A stretch of 64,000 nucleotides of DNA from an uncultured cyanobacterium (lineage in GTDB: Bacteria > Cyanobacteriota > Cyanobacteriia > PCC-9006 > JAAUQQ01): positions 3,872,001-3,936,000 of the forward strand of contig OY970368.1 in assembly GCA_963718615.1 (NCBI GenBank), in the 5' to 3' direction. Of this stretch, positions 35,995 through 44,629 are shown one piece after another. Made by a program: the position numbers and the translations under genes. Position 1 is the stretch's first letter, and each line of letters opens with the position of its first letter. The notes under the pieces were generated by a model, which was given only the letters and a program-made list of their open reading frames with translations, ran no database searches and was not told where the DNA came from.

Positions 35995-37215
35995 ATGGTT
36001 GACGGAATAGATGAAAACCAGAGAAACTATTGGAACCAGTCCTCGGTAGAGAGGGGCTTATTAGATCTATCTGTTGTACTCTCAACCCGTGATATTACCG
36101 CTGGTAATCAATTTGCAATCTTTGTTTTAGTTAAAAATCCTTTTGATAAACCAGTTTGGATACGCCAAGTACATGTAAGTTTACCTAGTGAACTTAAATT
36201 GGCAAATTTTCTAGAAAAGCAGAGCAAGAACTCTAAACGTAAAAATGAAACAAGAAAAAATCTGGAAAGGTTGAGGGAAGAGAAAAGAGTTCGACTAGAA
36301 GCTAAGATCAATCTTCTAAATCAAGAAATCAAGAAAGTAGTTAAAGGTTTAGAGAGTAGTAAATCTCTAGAAGAATCAGATAAAAACTTTTTATACAAAA
36401 TAGAGTCACGGTTAGCAGAAGTAAAGCAGGAGTTGGAATCCCTGAATGAAGCAGATGAGGCAAGAATTTATATTGATGGCAAAGCGGCTGTAAGCAACTT
36501 TAAGGTTGTTTCTAGGCGACCCAGAATTTATATTGATAATGCTTCAGCCGTTTCTTATCTTGATGTCTACGATCCTGAATCTTTCCAAGAGGTGTCTGCC
36601 CAAGCAAGAACAGTAGCTTTAGAGAGTTCTCTTCCAAGGAATACAGCTTTACAACCCGGCAGCACTGCCGTTTATACAGCAGTTTTGTATGTTGAAAAAT
36701 CTCTTATTTTTACCCCGTCACATTATCGCTTGCAATTTAATGTTAATTATAGTTTTCATTCCAAAAAGAAGGGTTTGTTAGAGGAAACGACTTCTCGAGG
36801 TAGTTATGAGGAGGGAGAGGAAGGAATATTTACAAACACAGTGGCTCATGAAATATCAATCAGACCTTCAGTTTATTCGGTAATTATTGGAGCAGGTTTA
36901 GGAGGCTTTACAGGTTCCGTTGCTCGCTTGCTTCAAATTACGCCTATAGAGAAGTGGCAAGCATTTTCAAACGTAGATACTTTTACTTCTTTGATTGCTG
37001 TTACGGTTGCAGTAATACTCAGTGGCATTGCAGTTGTGTTTATGGCAAGGAAGTCAGAAGCGCAATCATTTGTATCAGTAGAGGATTTTTGGGGTGGGCT
37101 ATTGATTGGTTTTCTTGTTGGATATACTGGGACTTCCTTCTTTGAGCAGTTAACAGGCGTTACGAATCCGACAATAGTTAATCCAACACCAAGGGTTTCA
37201 CCTTTGCCACAGTAA
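35995..37215 (+). CDS. Hypothetical membrane protein (gene cassette 2)
   Basis: 406-aa AT-rich ORF after attC1; coiled-coil insert and three C-terminal hydrophobic segments. Confidence 0.8.
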   Translation: MVDGIDENQRNYWNQSSVERGLLDLSVVLSTRDITAGNQFAIFVLVKNPFDKPVWIRQVHVSLPSELKLANFLEKQSKNSKRKNETRKNLERLREEKRVRLEAKINLLNQEIKKVVKGLESSKSLEESDKNFLYKIESRLAEVKQELESLNEADEARIYIDGKAAVSNFKVVSRRPRIYIDNASAVSYLDVYDPESFQEVSAQARTVALESSLPRNTALQPGSTAVYTAVLYVEKSLIFTPSHYRLQFNVNYSFHSKKKGLLEETTSRGSYEEGEEGIFTNTVAHEISIRPSVYSVIIGAGLGGFTGSVARLLQITPIEKWQAFSNVDTFTSLIAVTVAVILSGIAVVFMARKSEAQSFVSVEDFWGGLLIGFLVGYTGTSFFEQLTGVTNPTIVNPTPRVSPLPQ

Positions 37216-37261
37216 TATTTAATTATAATGCTATGAAGATGTTTACTACTTTGGATTCAAA

Positions 37262-37271
37262 GCGGCATAAT
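37262..37271 (+). mobile_element. Truncated attC2 (R'' half only)
   Basis: GCGGCATAA is the exact reverse complement of TTATGCCGC that begins cassette 2 (35901-35909); remainder missing. Confidence 0.6.
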
Positions 37272-37282
37272 CGGGATAGGGA

Positions 37283-37498
37283 ATGCGATTCGTTGCAGAT
37301 GAATAACGGTGCAAGCCCGTAAATAACTCTGCCAGCTTGGCTTCCAAACATGAAGCACTCTCAAGAGCTGAACTGTCCTCTTGATGAGGGTGAAAGTCCC
37401 TTCCATCAAACTCGGATGTGACTCCTGATCTACCCACGATGACCCGACTCGGAATTCGGGAGGTCGAAGCTGGGAGCAGGGCGCAATCAGACACTCAT
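37283..37498 (+). mobile_element. 5' fragment (domain I) of a group II intron
   Basis: Starts ATGCGATTCGTT (GUGYG-like); hairpins ACGGTGCAAGCCCGT and TTGATGAGGGTGAAAGTCCCTTCCATCAA; no domain V/VI or RT ORF seen. Confidence 0.6.
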
Positions 37499-37700
37499 TA
37501 GACCTCTTGCATGAATGCTAAACAGCGTTCTGGTCGAGTTCCAAATTGTAGAGGGAAGCAATCAGGTTAAAGCGAAAGCCAAATCCAAAGTCCTGTTGCC
37601 GTCCTTTTCCATAAACCGTGCACAGAATCTTGAGCGTCATCAAGTCGATGACCACCTACACCATCAGCGTATGCTTACTGTTATTGGCAAGACGTTCAAA
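37499..37700 (-). mobile_element. Internally deleted IS5-family (ISL2-like) remnant
   Basis: Terminal IR-like TAGACCTCTTGCAT at 37499; minus frame KHTLMV*VVIDLMTLKILCTVYGKGRQQDF fused to FGFRFNLIASLYNLEL. Confidence 0.7.
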
Positions 37701-37757
37701 CCTCCCTGGTTTGATTCCACTGTAACGACAAAATTCGGCAGGAATGAAAACAGCTCA

Positions 37758-38363
37758 TTACCAAATTCGATCCAGACCCAGAACAAATCCCGGCATCACC
37801 TCACCACAATCGATCGAACTGGGTGACTCCAACACCACCGCATCCTGTCCAGGGCGATAAATCTCAACCTGTTGACTCTGAGGATCGATTAACAGCCCCA
37901 ATCTCACCCCCAGCCGTCGATACTCCGCCATCTTCTCCTGCAACAATTTCAAATTATCCGTCGCCGACCGCAACTCAATCACAAAATCCGGCACAACCGG
38001 AATAAACCCAACAATGTCCACGCCCGCCAGTCGTGACTTCTCAATCCAAGACACATCCGGCGACATCTTCCCGCCCCCGCCCGCGATAAAATCATAGCCC
38101 GTCGATGAGTCAAATGTTTCGCCCAGATTAGTTTGGCGATTCCAAATCTCAACATCAGTTCCTAGACTCATATTTCTTTTGCCACTTTCACCACCCGTAG
38201 GAGGCATGACAATCAACTCTCCATCTTTTGTTAATTCCAGGCGCAACTCAGGATTATCCAAGCAAAGCTGGTCAAAGTATTCTGGGGTTACAGTGAGCTT
38301 GACATGGCTAACATTGAGTAACAGCGCATCAACCGATGATGTCGGAGCCGTAACCATGGTCAT
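37758..38363 (-). CDS. Uma2/DUF820 family endonuclease
   Basis: ELTKDGELIVMPP, FDSSTG, SPDVSW, PDFVIELRS, GVRLGLLIDP. Confidence 0.9.
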   Translation of the reverse strand: MTMVTAPTSSVDALLLNVSHVKLTVTPEYFDQLCLDNPELRLELTKDGELIVMPPTGGESGKRNMSLGTDVEIWNRQTNLGETFDSSTGYDFIAGGGGKMSPDVSWIEKSRLAGVDIVGFIPVVPDFVIELRSATDNLKLLQEKMAEYRRLGVRLGLLIDPQSQQVEIYRPGQDAVVLESPSSIDCGEVMPGFVLGLDRIW

Positions 38364-38449
38364 ATAACCTCCAAACGCCTTTGGGAGCGAGTTATAGCAC
38401 TTCTATCCTATCATTTAGGCTAGAACGAGCTCCCCCCCCAAGCCCCCAG

Positions 38450-38577
38450 CCCCAGCCAGCAAGTCAACTTTCGCCCATGACTCTTGTCCGACATCTTCAA
38501 TCCATCCATTAGCGCCCTCAACGCCACCGCCCCCCTAGCTCACCCCCAAACAACTCCAAGAATAGTTGCTTAGGCAT
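38450..38577 (-). pseudogene. Possible remnant of a DNA cytosine-5 methyltransferase N-terminus
   Basis: LELFGG (motif I-like) then, in another frame, EDV...KVDLLAG (pre-motif IV-like); no PCQ; weak. Confidence 0.3.
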
Positions 38578-38710
38578 TAAACTTATCTGCGTCCAGTGAG
38601 CGTGACCGTTATTTTTTTGGGCCGCTCATGGGGCTTCCCCCGTTCCATCACAATCAGGTTATGCTAAGACTGTTGCAGGGCCTACACTTTGATATTCTGG
38701 AGATGCGTTT

Positions 38711-39322
38711 ATGGCAATTGCCTCTTCGCCTTCATCAGCGATCGCCAGACAAAAACTAACCCTAGCGGAGTTCCTAGATTATCAGGATGGGACTGACAAT
38801 CGCTATGAACTGGTAGAGGGGGAGTTACAACAGATGGCCATAGGGACAGGCTTGCATGGAGCCATCATAGAGTTTATCAATGATGAATTTCGCAATGAAA
38901 TCCGACGATTACAGCGACCCTGGACATCGAAGCAAGCTGCCGTTGCGATTCAGTCTCCTCGGGGCCGCCGTTGGGAGACCTGTCGTATCCCCGATGTAAC
39001 AGTCTTACCGATAGAACAATGGGAAACACTTTTGTCGAAGCAGGCAGTGATTACGCTAGATCAGCCTGTACCGACTTTGGTAGTGGAGGTGGTGAGCGAA
39101 TCTACGAAGGCTGAAGACTATCGGGCCAAGCATGCGGAATACGGCGTGTTGGAGATTCCGGAATATTGGATGATTGACCCGTTGGATGAAGTAGTGACGG
39201 TTTGTGTGTTTGAGGATGGAGGCTATACGAATCGACGGTTCGTGGGGGACGAACCCCTTCGGTCTGACATTTTTCCAGAGCTAATCCTCACTGCCGCTCA
39301 AATTCTTTCTGCACGGCGTTAA
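38711..39322 (+). CDS. Uma2/DUF820 family endonuclease
   Basis: YELVEGEL, RIPDVTV, LVVEVVSES, DYRAK..EY, EYWMIDP. Confidence 0.9.
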   Translation: MAIASSPSSAIARQKLTLAEFLDYQDGTDNRYELVEGELQQMAIGTGLHGAIIEFINDEFRNEIRRLQRPWTSKQAAVAIQSPRGRRWETCRIPDVTVLPIEQWETLLSKQAVITLDQPVPTLVVEVVSESTKAEDYRAKHAEYGVLEIPEYWMIDPLDEVVTVCVFEDGGYTNRRFVGDEPLRSDIFPELILTAAQILSARR

Positions 39323-39374
39323 TTAGATATGCCACTCTGGTTAGATATCGTAAACGCAGATTAGGGTCTCTAAG

Positions 39375-39959
39375 TTACCAAATTCTCTGCAAGTTCAAAA
39401 CAAACCCTGGCAACTCCGGCTCTGCGCTGACCTGATCCGGTTTCTGAAGGCAGACCACATTCTGCCCTGGACGATAGACATACACATTGTAATGTTTTCG
39501 ATCGATTAAAAACCCCAACCGACAACCCGGTTCCGCTAAATACTCCTCCATCTTTTCTTGCAAAGGCTTGAGATTATCCGACGGGGACCGCAGTTCCACA
39601 ACAAAATCGGGACAGATAGGAGCAAATCGCGATCGCAACTCCGGCTCCACACTATGCCAACGCTCCAGCGTTATCCAAGCCGCATCGGGAGAACGGTCTG
39701 CGCCCGTTGAAAGTTTAAATCCGGCACTAGAGCTAAATACAATTCCAGTTCCGTCTTGTTCTGCCCAGGCCCATAGCGGCCCAATGATTCCTGCTTCGCG
39801 ATGACCGGATTCTGAACCAACAGGGGACATAATTGAAATGACTCCATGGCGATCGCGCTCAATCCGCAGTTCCGAGTTTTCCTGACAAAACTCAAAAAAT
39901 TGTTGCTCCGTCATCCGCAGGGACGTGGGAAATTTTACGGAAAGAGAAGAAGAGAGCAT
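39375..39959 (-). CDS. Uma2/DUF820 family endonuclease
   Basis: FSSSAGF, RSPDAAW, CPDFVVELRSPSD, KMEEY. Confidence 0.9.
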   Translation of the reverse strand: MLSSSLSVKFPTSLRMTEQQFFEFCQENSELRIERDRHGVISIMSPVGSESGHREAGIIGPLWAWAEQDGTGIVFSSSAGFKLSTGADRSPDAAWITLERWHSVEPELRSRFAPICPDFVVELRSPSDNLKPLQEKMEEYLAEPGCRLGFLIDRKHYNVYVYRPGQNVVCLQKPDQVSAEPELPGFVLNLQRIW

Positions 39960-40040
39960 GGTCGGTCCACAAGCTCAGGAATTTAATAGGTTACCCAGTT
40001 GATCTGCAAATTAATCTGCAAGCTGATCTTAACGCGATCG

Positions 40041-40832
40041 CTACAGCGCGCTAGAATCCAAACTCTCTGCCTCCTCCGGCGTTTGCGGCAGGTGAATGCC
40101 ACATTCCTGCTTCAGCCCCTGGAAACGTGTATCCCGTTCGTCGTCATCATCCATCGACAGCGGACGGCTCGAATGCCAATCCCCTACGGTCACATAGCCC
40201 TTATCGAAATAGGGGTGATAGGGCAAATCGTACTTCATTAAGTATTGATAAATATCGCGGGAGTGCCAGTTGAGAATCGGCAGAAGTTTGTAGCGATCGC
40301 CCTGCATCCCAATACGATCCAAGGTTTTGCGGTGATCGGTCTGATTCGATCGCAACCCCGCCAACCAAGCCGCCGCATTCAGCTCCCGCAACGCCCGCTG
40401 CATGGGCTCAACCTTGCGAATCTGGTCGTATTCGTTTAGGGCTTCCACCGTGCCCATTTCCCACAGCCGTCCGTAGCGGGCTTCCATGTGGGCCGGACTT
40501 ATAGGCGATTGGTAGACCTTGAGGTTGAGGTTGAGCCGCGCCGTCATTTCGTCGGCAAAGCGATAGGTTTCGGCGGGAAGATAACCGGTGTCGACCCAGA
40601 TAATTGGGATGTTGGGATTAACCTGGGTGGCCAAGTGGAGCATGACCGCCGACTGGATGCCAAAGCTGGTACTCAGGACCATGCGATCGCCAAACGTCTG
40701 ATAGCCCCAATCCACCAACGTCGCCGCGTCTGCATCGGCGTAGGTTTGGTTGATTGTCTTGAGATCGAGCTGGCCTGGAGCCCGTTCTAACGTTTGCTGC
40801 GGCGATGCACTGGCCATACCGTCAGTCCCCAT
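40041..40832 (-). CDS. cysH: Phosphoadenylyl-sulfate reductase
   Basis: [40 protein letters not shown]. Confidence 0.94.
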   Translation of the reverse strand: MGTDGMASASPQQTLERAPGQLDLKTINQTYADADAATLVDWGYQTFGDRMVLSTSFGIQSAVMLHLATQVNPNIPIIWVDTGYLPAETYRFADEMTARLNLNLKVYQSPISPAHMEARYGRLWEMGTVEALNEYDQIRKVEPMQRALRELNAAAWLAGLRSNQTDHRKTLDRIGMQGDRYKLLPILNWHSRDIYQYLMKYDLPYHPYFDKGYVTVGDWHSSRPLSMDDDDERDTRFQGLKQECGIHLPQTPEEAESLDSSAL

Positions 40833-40886
40833 GAATGTCTGAAATGTCTGGTCTGCCTATTTTTAGCATCCCTCCAGCATACGGCA

Positions 40887-42578
40887 TTAGAAGGGCGTGG
40901 GGGAGTGGAAGGTGAGGGGGGATGAGGGGGTGAGGGAGTGAGGGGGGGGCTGAAAGCTTAGGGTTTTGGCGTGGAGCAGGAGGCGGGGCGGGGCGGAATC
41001 CAGGTGGGGATCGGAGGGGGAATTAGGGTGGAAATCAGCATGGGACAATCCGTAGAGGCGATCGCCCCCAATGGCACAACCTAACCCTTCCAGGCAATGA
41101 ACCCGCAGTTGATGGGTGCGTCCCGTCACTGGAACTAGCTCCAGACGAGTCAATCCAGGCCAGCGATCGAGCACACGAAACCGGGTGAGACTAGGTTTGC
41201 CTCGGTTCCAATCAACGGTTTGGCGGGGCCGGTCCTGGGGATCGCCCCAGAGGGGAAGGTTGATTTCGCCTTCGTCGAGCAAGACCGAACCGACGACGAT
41301 CGCTTCGTAAACTTTTTGCACTTGGCGCTGCTGAAACTGTTGGCTAAGCTGGCGATGGGTTTGGGGATCCTTGGCGAACAGGAGGATTCCGGAGGTGGCT
41401 TGGTCGAGGCGATGGACGGGAAGGAGGGTAGGACTGGGGTTAGGGCTGGGGTTAGGGCTGGGGTTAGCACTGGGGTTGGAACCATAATATTGGCGCAGGC
41501 GGCTGAGGGCACTGTCTTGGCGATCGCTCGTCCGTCCTGGGACAGAAAGCAACCCCGCAGGCTTGTCAATGGCGAGGCAAAACTCGTCTTCGTAGAGGAT
41601 GGGAAGCGTGAGGGAATGGATCGTTGGAAGCCCAGGAAGCCCACTGAGCAAAAATCCCATCAGGGGCTGACAGCGTTCTTCGCAGGCTCCGTAAAATTCT
41701 CCCTGGATTTTGTCGCTCAAACTGGGACCCCACCAGAACTCGGCGAGGGCGATCGCGTTCCACCCCTGGGTCGCAGCGTAATGCAACAGCTTCGGCGCAC
41801 AGCAGTCCCCTGTTCCCGTCGGCAATCCCTGGGGCATGAGCTGGGCCAGGGCAATGGATTGGCCCCCAAAATTGGTGAGGGAGTAGGCCGCGTGCATTTG
41901 GGTTTGGAGCTGGCGGGAGAGGGCTTTGCGCTGTTGCTTCATTTGGCGGATTTGGTCGTCGGCCTGGGCGATCGCCTGCCGCAGGGGTCCCAAAATCACC
42001 TCCCGTTCCCGCTTGAGGTTACGGCGTTCCATGCCATCGCGACGGCTTTCTTCCTCTAATTGTTCAAGGGGCCGGGTTTGGGCGGCGCGGCAGGCGGCGC
42101 GGTGGGCTTTGCGCTGTCGGTGGCGATCGCCCATTGTCTGGAGTCGGTGCTCAAATTCAGCGGACAGGCTTGCAAATTGCTCTCGCTCAGGAATTTGTTT
42201 CAGTCCAATTAGCGCTTGCTTGAGCTGGTCCAGTTGTGCCAATGTCTCGGCTTCCGCTGGGGCCACGCGATCGCGTCCCGGAATCGGCGGTACCCAGCCG
42301 GGGCGCTCGGCTTCGCCCGCCAGCAAGCCTGAAAAGGCTTTGAGAACTTGGCGATCGCCCGTTGCCGTTTCTGCCAGCAAAATCCCATACATTTTGCCTT
42401 CGCGCTGGAACATGGGGTCCTGGGCGAGTTCGGCCATGAGGTTTTGGGCGATCGCTTCCCCTTCCGCCGTCCGAGGCAGCCGCAGCAATTTGCCCGTTTG
42501 AGGACAAACCCCTTCATACCAATAGTTCGGTTCGTCACTCGCTATGATGAGGTCGTGCGATTTTTTGGCCCCGTCCAT
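40887..42578 (-). CDS. RluA-family pseudouridine synthase (long form with N-terminal extension)
   Basis: GKMYGIL, GTGDCCAPKLL, KPAGLLSVPG, HRLDQATSG, TGRTHQLRVH; start uncertain. Confidence 0.9.
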   Translation of the reverse strand: MDGAKKSHDLIIASDEPNYWYEGVCPQTGKLLRLPRTAEGEAIAQNLMAELAQDPMFQREGKMYGILLAETATGDRQVLKAFSGLLAGEAERPGWVPPIPGRDRVAPAEAETLAQLDQLKQALIGLKQIPEREQFASLSAEFEHRLQTMGDRHRQRKAHRAACRAAQTRPLEQLEEESRRDGMERRNLKREREVILGPLRQAIAQADDQIRQMKQQRKALSRQLQTQMHAAYSLTNFGGQSIALAQLMPQGLPTGTGDCCAPKLLHYAATQGWNAIALAEFWWGPSLSDKIQGEFYGACEERCQPLMGFLLSGLPGLPTIHSLTLPILYEDEFCLAIDKPAGLLSVPGRTSDRQDSALSRLRQYYGSNPSANPSPNPSPNPSPTLLPVHRLDQATSGILLFAKDPQTHRQLSQQFQQRQVQKVYEAIVVGSVLLDEGEINLPLWGDPQDRPRQTVDWNRGKPSLTRFRVLDRWPGLTRLELVPVTGRTHQLRVHCLEGLGCAIGGDRLYGLSHADFHPNSPSDPHLDSAPPRLLLHAKTLSFQPPPHSLTPSSPLTFHSPTPF

Positions 42579-43788
42579 GCGTTTTCTTGCTGCCTGCTTC
42601 AGTCTCTTGCTCATTGGCATTTTAGTTTGTGCAGGGGTTTCCCCGGCCTGGGCGGAGACCGATCGGCGATTTGCCCAGACCCTTTGTCTAGAATATTTGG
42701 ATGAATGGATTATTCCAGTCCAGGAGGTTGAGGGGACAACCGTTGGGGGGCTGTCGGCGATCGCCTACGACCGCACCCTAGGCAAGCTCTATGCCCTCTC
42801 TGATGAGCATGGCGGCGCTGAAACTCATTTTTACACGTTGGATCTGCAACTGGATGAATCCGGCGAACGGCCCAAGATTGGCGCGGTTACGGTAGAAGGG
42901 GTAACGTTTTTGACCGATGAGACGGGAAACCGCTACGGCGGCACCTTTGACCCCGAAGGCATGGCGCTGACGCCCCAGGGCACGCTCTATGTTGCCAGTG
43001 AAGGCTCACCCGCAGCGGGTTTGGCTCCAGGATTGACAGAATTTGATCTGAAAACGGGTCGACAACTCCGGGCTTTACCGGTGCCCAGCAAGTTTCAGCC
43101 CCAATTTGAAACACCGTCGGAGCCCGAGGTTACCGCTACCGATACAACACCTACACCCCCTGAACCCACTCCTCTCCCTAAACCCAGGCAAACCGCAGGA
43201 GTTCAAACCAATCAGGGATTTGAATCGCTCACCCTGGGTTTTACGGGAACTGCCGCCCATGAACCCATTCGCCTATTCACAGCAACGGAAGGCCCCCTCG
43301 TGCAAGACAAAACCGCAGGGAGTATCAATAGTACGCCCCGCAACCGTTTCCTGCATTACTACCTCGGGGAAGGTCCGCCGCTGTTGTTGGCAGAGCATCT
43401 TTATCAACTGGATACGGCTCCTGGAGCTATGATTCATGGGCTGAGTGAGCTGCTAGCGCTAGATGATAACGGGCATTTTTTGGCGTTGGAGCGATCGCTC
43501 ACTCCCCTTGGCTTCCAAATTAAACTGTTCCAAATCAGCCTCGCAGGGGCCAGCGACATTTCAACCCGACCCAGCCTGCGCGAAAATCTGCGGGGCGTTC
43601 AGCCCATGCAAAAACAGCTCCTACTCAATCTCAGCGACCTGGGGATTACCCTCGACAATTTAGAAGGCATGGCCTGGGGACCGCAGCTCGCCGACGGTAG
43701 CCGATCGCTGCTGATGATTAGCGATGACAATTTCAAATCCTTTGAGAAGACTCAGCTCTTGCTTTTTCGGGTTCAGCTTCAGCCCTAA
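42577..43788 (+). CDS. Esterase-like activity of phytase family protein (secreted)
   Basis: Signal peptide, GGLSAIAYD, DPEGM, NQGFESLT, DNLEGMAWGP, SDDNF. Confidence 0.85.
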   Translation: MRFLAACFSLLLIGILVCAGVSPAWAETDRRFAQTLCLEYLDEWIIPVQEVEGTTVGGLSAIAYDRTLGKLYALSDEHGGAETHFYTLDLQLDESGERPKIGAVTVEGVTFLTDETGNRYGGTFDPEGMALTPQGTLYVASEGSPAAGLAPGLTEFDLKTGRQLRALPVPSKFQPQFETPSEPEVTATDTTPTPPEPTPLPKPRQTAGVQTNQGFESLTLGFTGTAAHEPIRLFTATEGPLVQDKTAGSINSTPRNRFLHYYLGEGPPLLLAEHLYQLDTAPGAMIHGLSELLALDDNGHFLALERSLTPLGFQIKLFQISLAGASDISTRPSLRENLRGVQPMQKQLLLNLSDLGITLDNLEGMAWGPQLADGSRSLLMISDDNFKSFEKTQLLLFRVQLQP

Positions 43789-43822
43789 ATCATTTGACTA
43801 CCTTTTGACCATAAGGATCTCT

Positions 43823-44449
43823 TCAAAGCTCATCCAAATAAAACCGATAAAGCTGATGATCCGCTGTAAAGGTTTCTTGATGGTGAAGCTGATACATTAG
43901 CTTTTCATCGATGAGGCGCTGGGCCAGGGCCTGGGATTCTTCTGGGGTCAATTGGTAATGTCGCTGGAGCCAAGCGAGCAGATCATGGCCCTGAAAACAG
44001 GACTTGTAGCGCTTGAGACCCTGGCGGCGATCGCCAATCCGAAAGTCCCTTGAAAGATGCAAATCCTGCGAGAGCCGTTCTAGGTTAATCTGGGCAATCT
44101 GAAGCCGCTGGAACCGTTCTTGACTACATGGAGTCAATTCTGGATCCTCCTGCCACACTGTCCATTGGGTTCGGCAACGCACAATCAAAACCAGCAGGTT
44201 TTCCTTCGTTTCTTTGAGTTTCTGCAAAGCGGTCTGCCGAGCATTCGCCTCCCGCTCCAGCGAATAACTTGCCACTTGAAAAAAAAGCTTATCTTGATAG
44301 CTCACCCCATTGAGAACCATCTCATCAAAAATATTGTGACGCATCACCCGACAAGGTTCGATCTGGGTTTCTTGTAGCAGTAACATCACCAAACGGCTCC
44401 CGCTTGAAGTAGGTAGATCGTCAAGGTTGGTTTCAACTCCAACAATCAC
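43823..44449 (-). CDS. DEP-domain-containing protein
   Basis: C-terminal IGDRRQGLKRYKSCFQG.DLL.WL...AQRLIDE...F......LYRF fits the DEP pattern; start uncertain. Confidence 0.7.
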   Translation of the reverse strand: MIVGVETNLDDLPTSSGSRLVMLLLQETQIEPCRVMRHNIFDEMVLNGVSYQDKLFFQVASYSLEREANARQTALQKLKETKENLLVLIVRCRTQWTVWQEDPELTPCSQERFQRLQIAQINLERLSQDLHLSRDFRIGDRRQGLKRYKSCFQGHDLLAWLQRHYQLTPEESQALAQRLIDEKLMYQLHHQETFTADHQLYRFYLDEL

Positions 44450-44629
44450 ATCTCTTACTAAGAGGTTCTATACAAAACTTCAAAGTCTGGAAAATCTCTA
44501 GTCAAGTCTAAGAAATCCCGTATTTTCAAGGAAATTCAAAACCCGTGTCTCTAGGGGAGCTAGCCACTCCCCAATCAGCACAGTTGTCAAACCCAGGATA
44601 AATCCGCTACTGAGGTCCAGGAGTGAAGC

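Noticed and set aside
41220-42059. 279-aa antisense ORF
   Set aside because: Shadow of the GC-rich RluA-family gene
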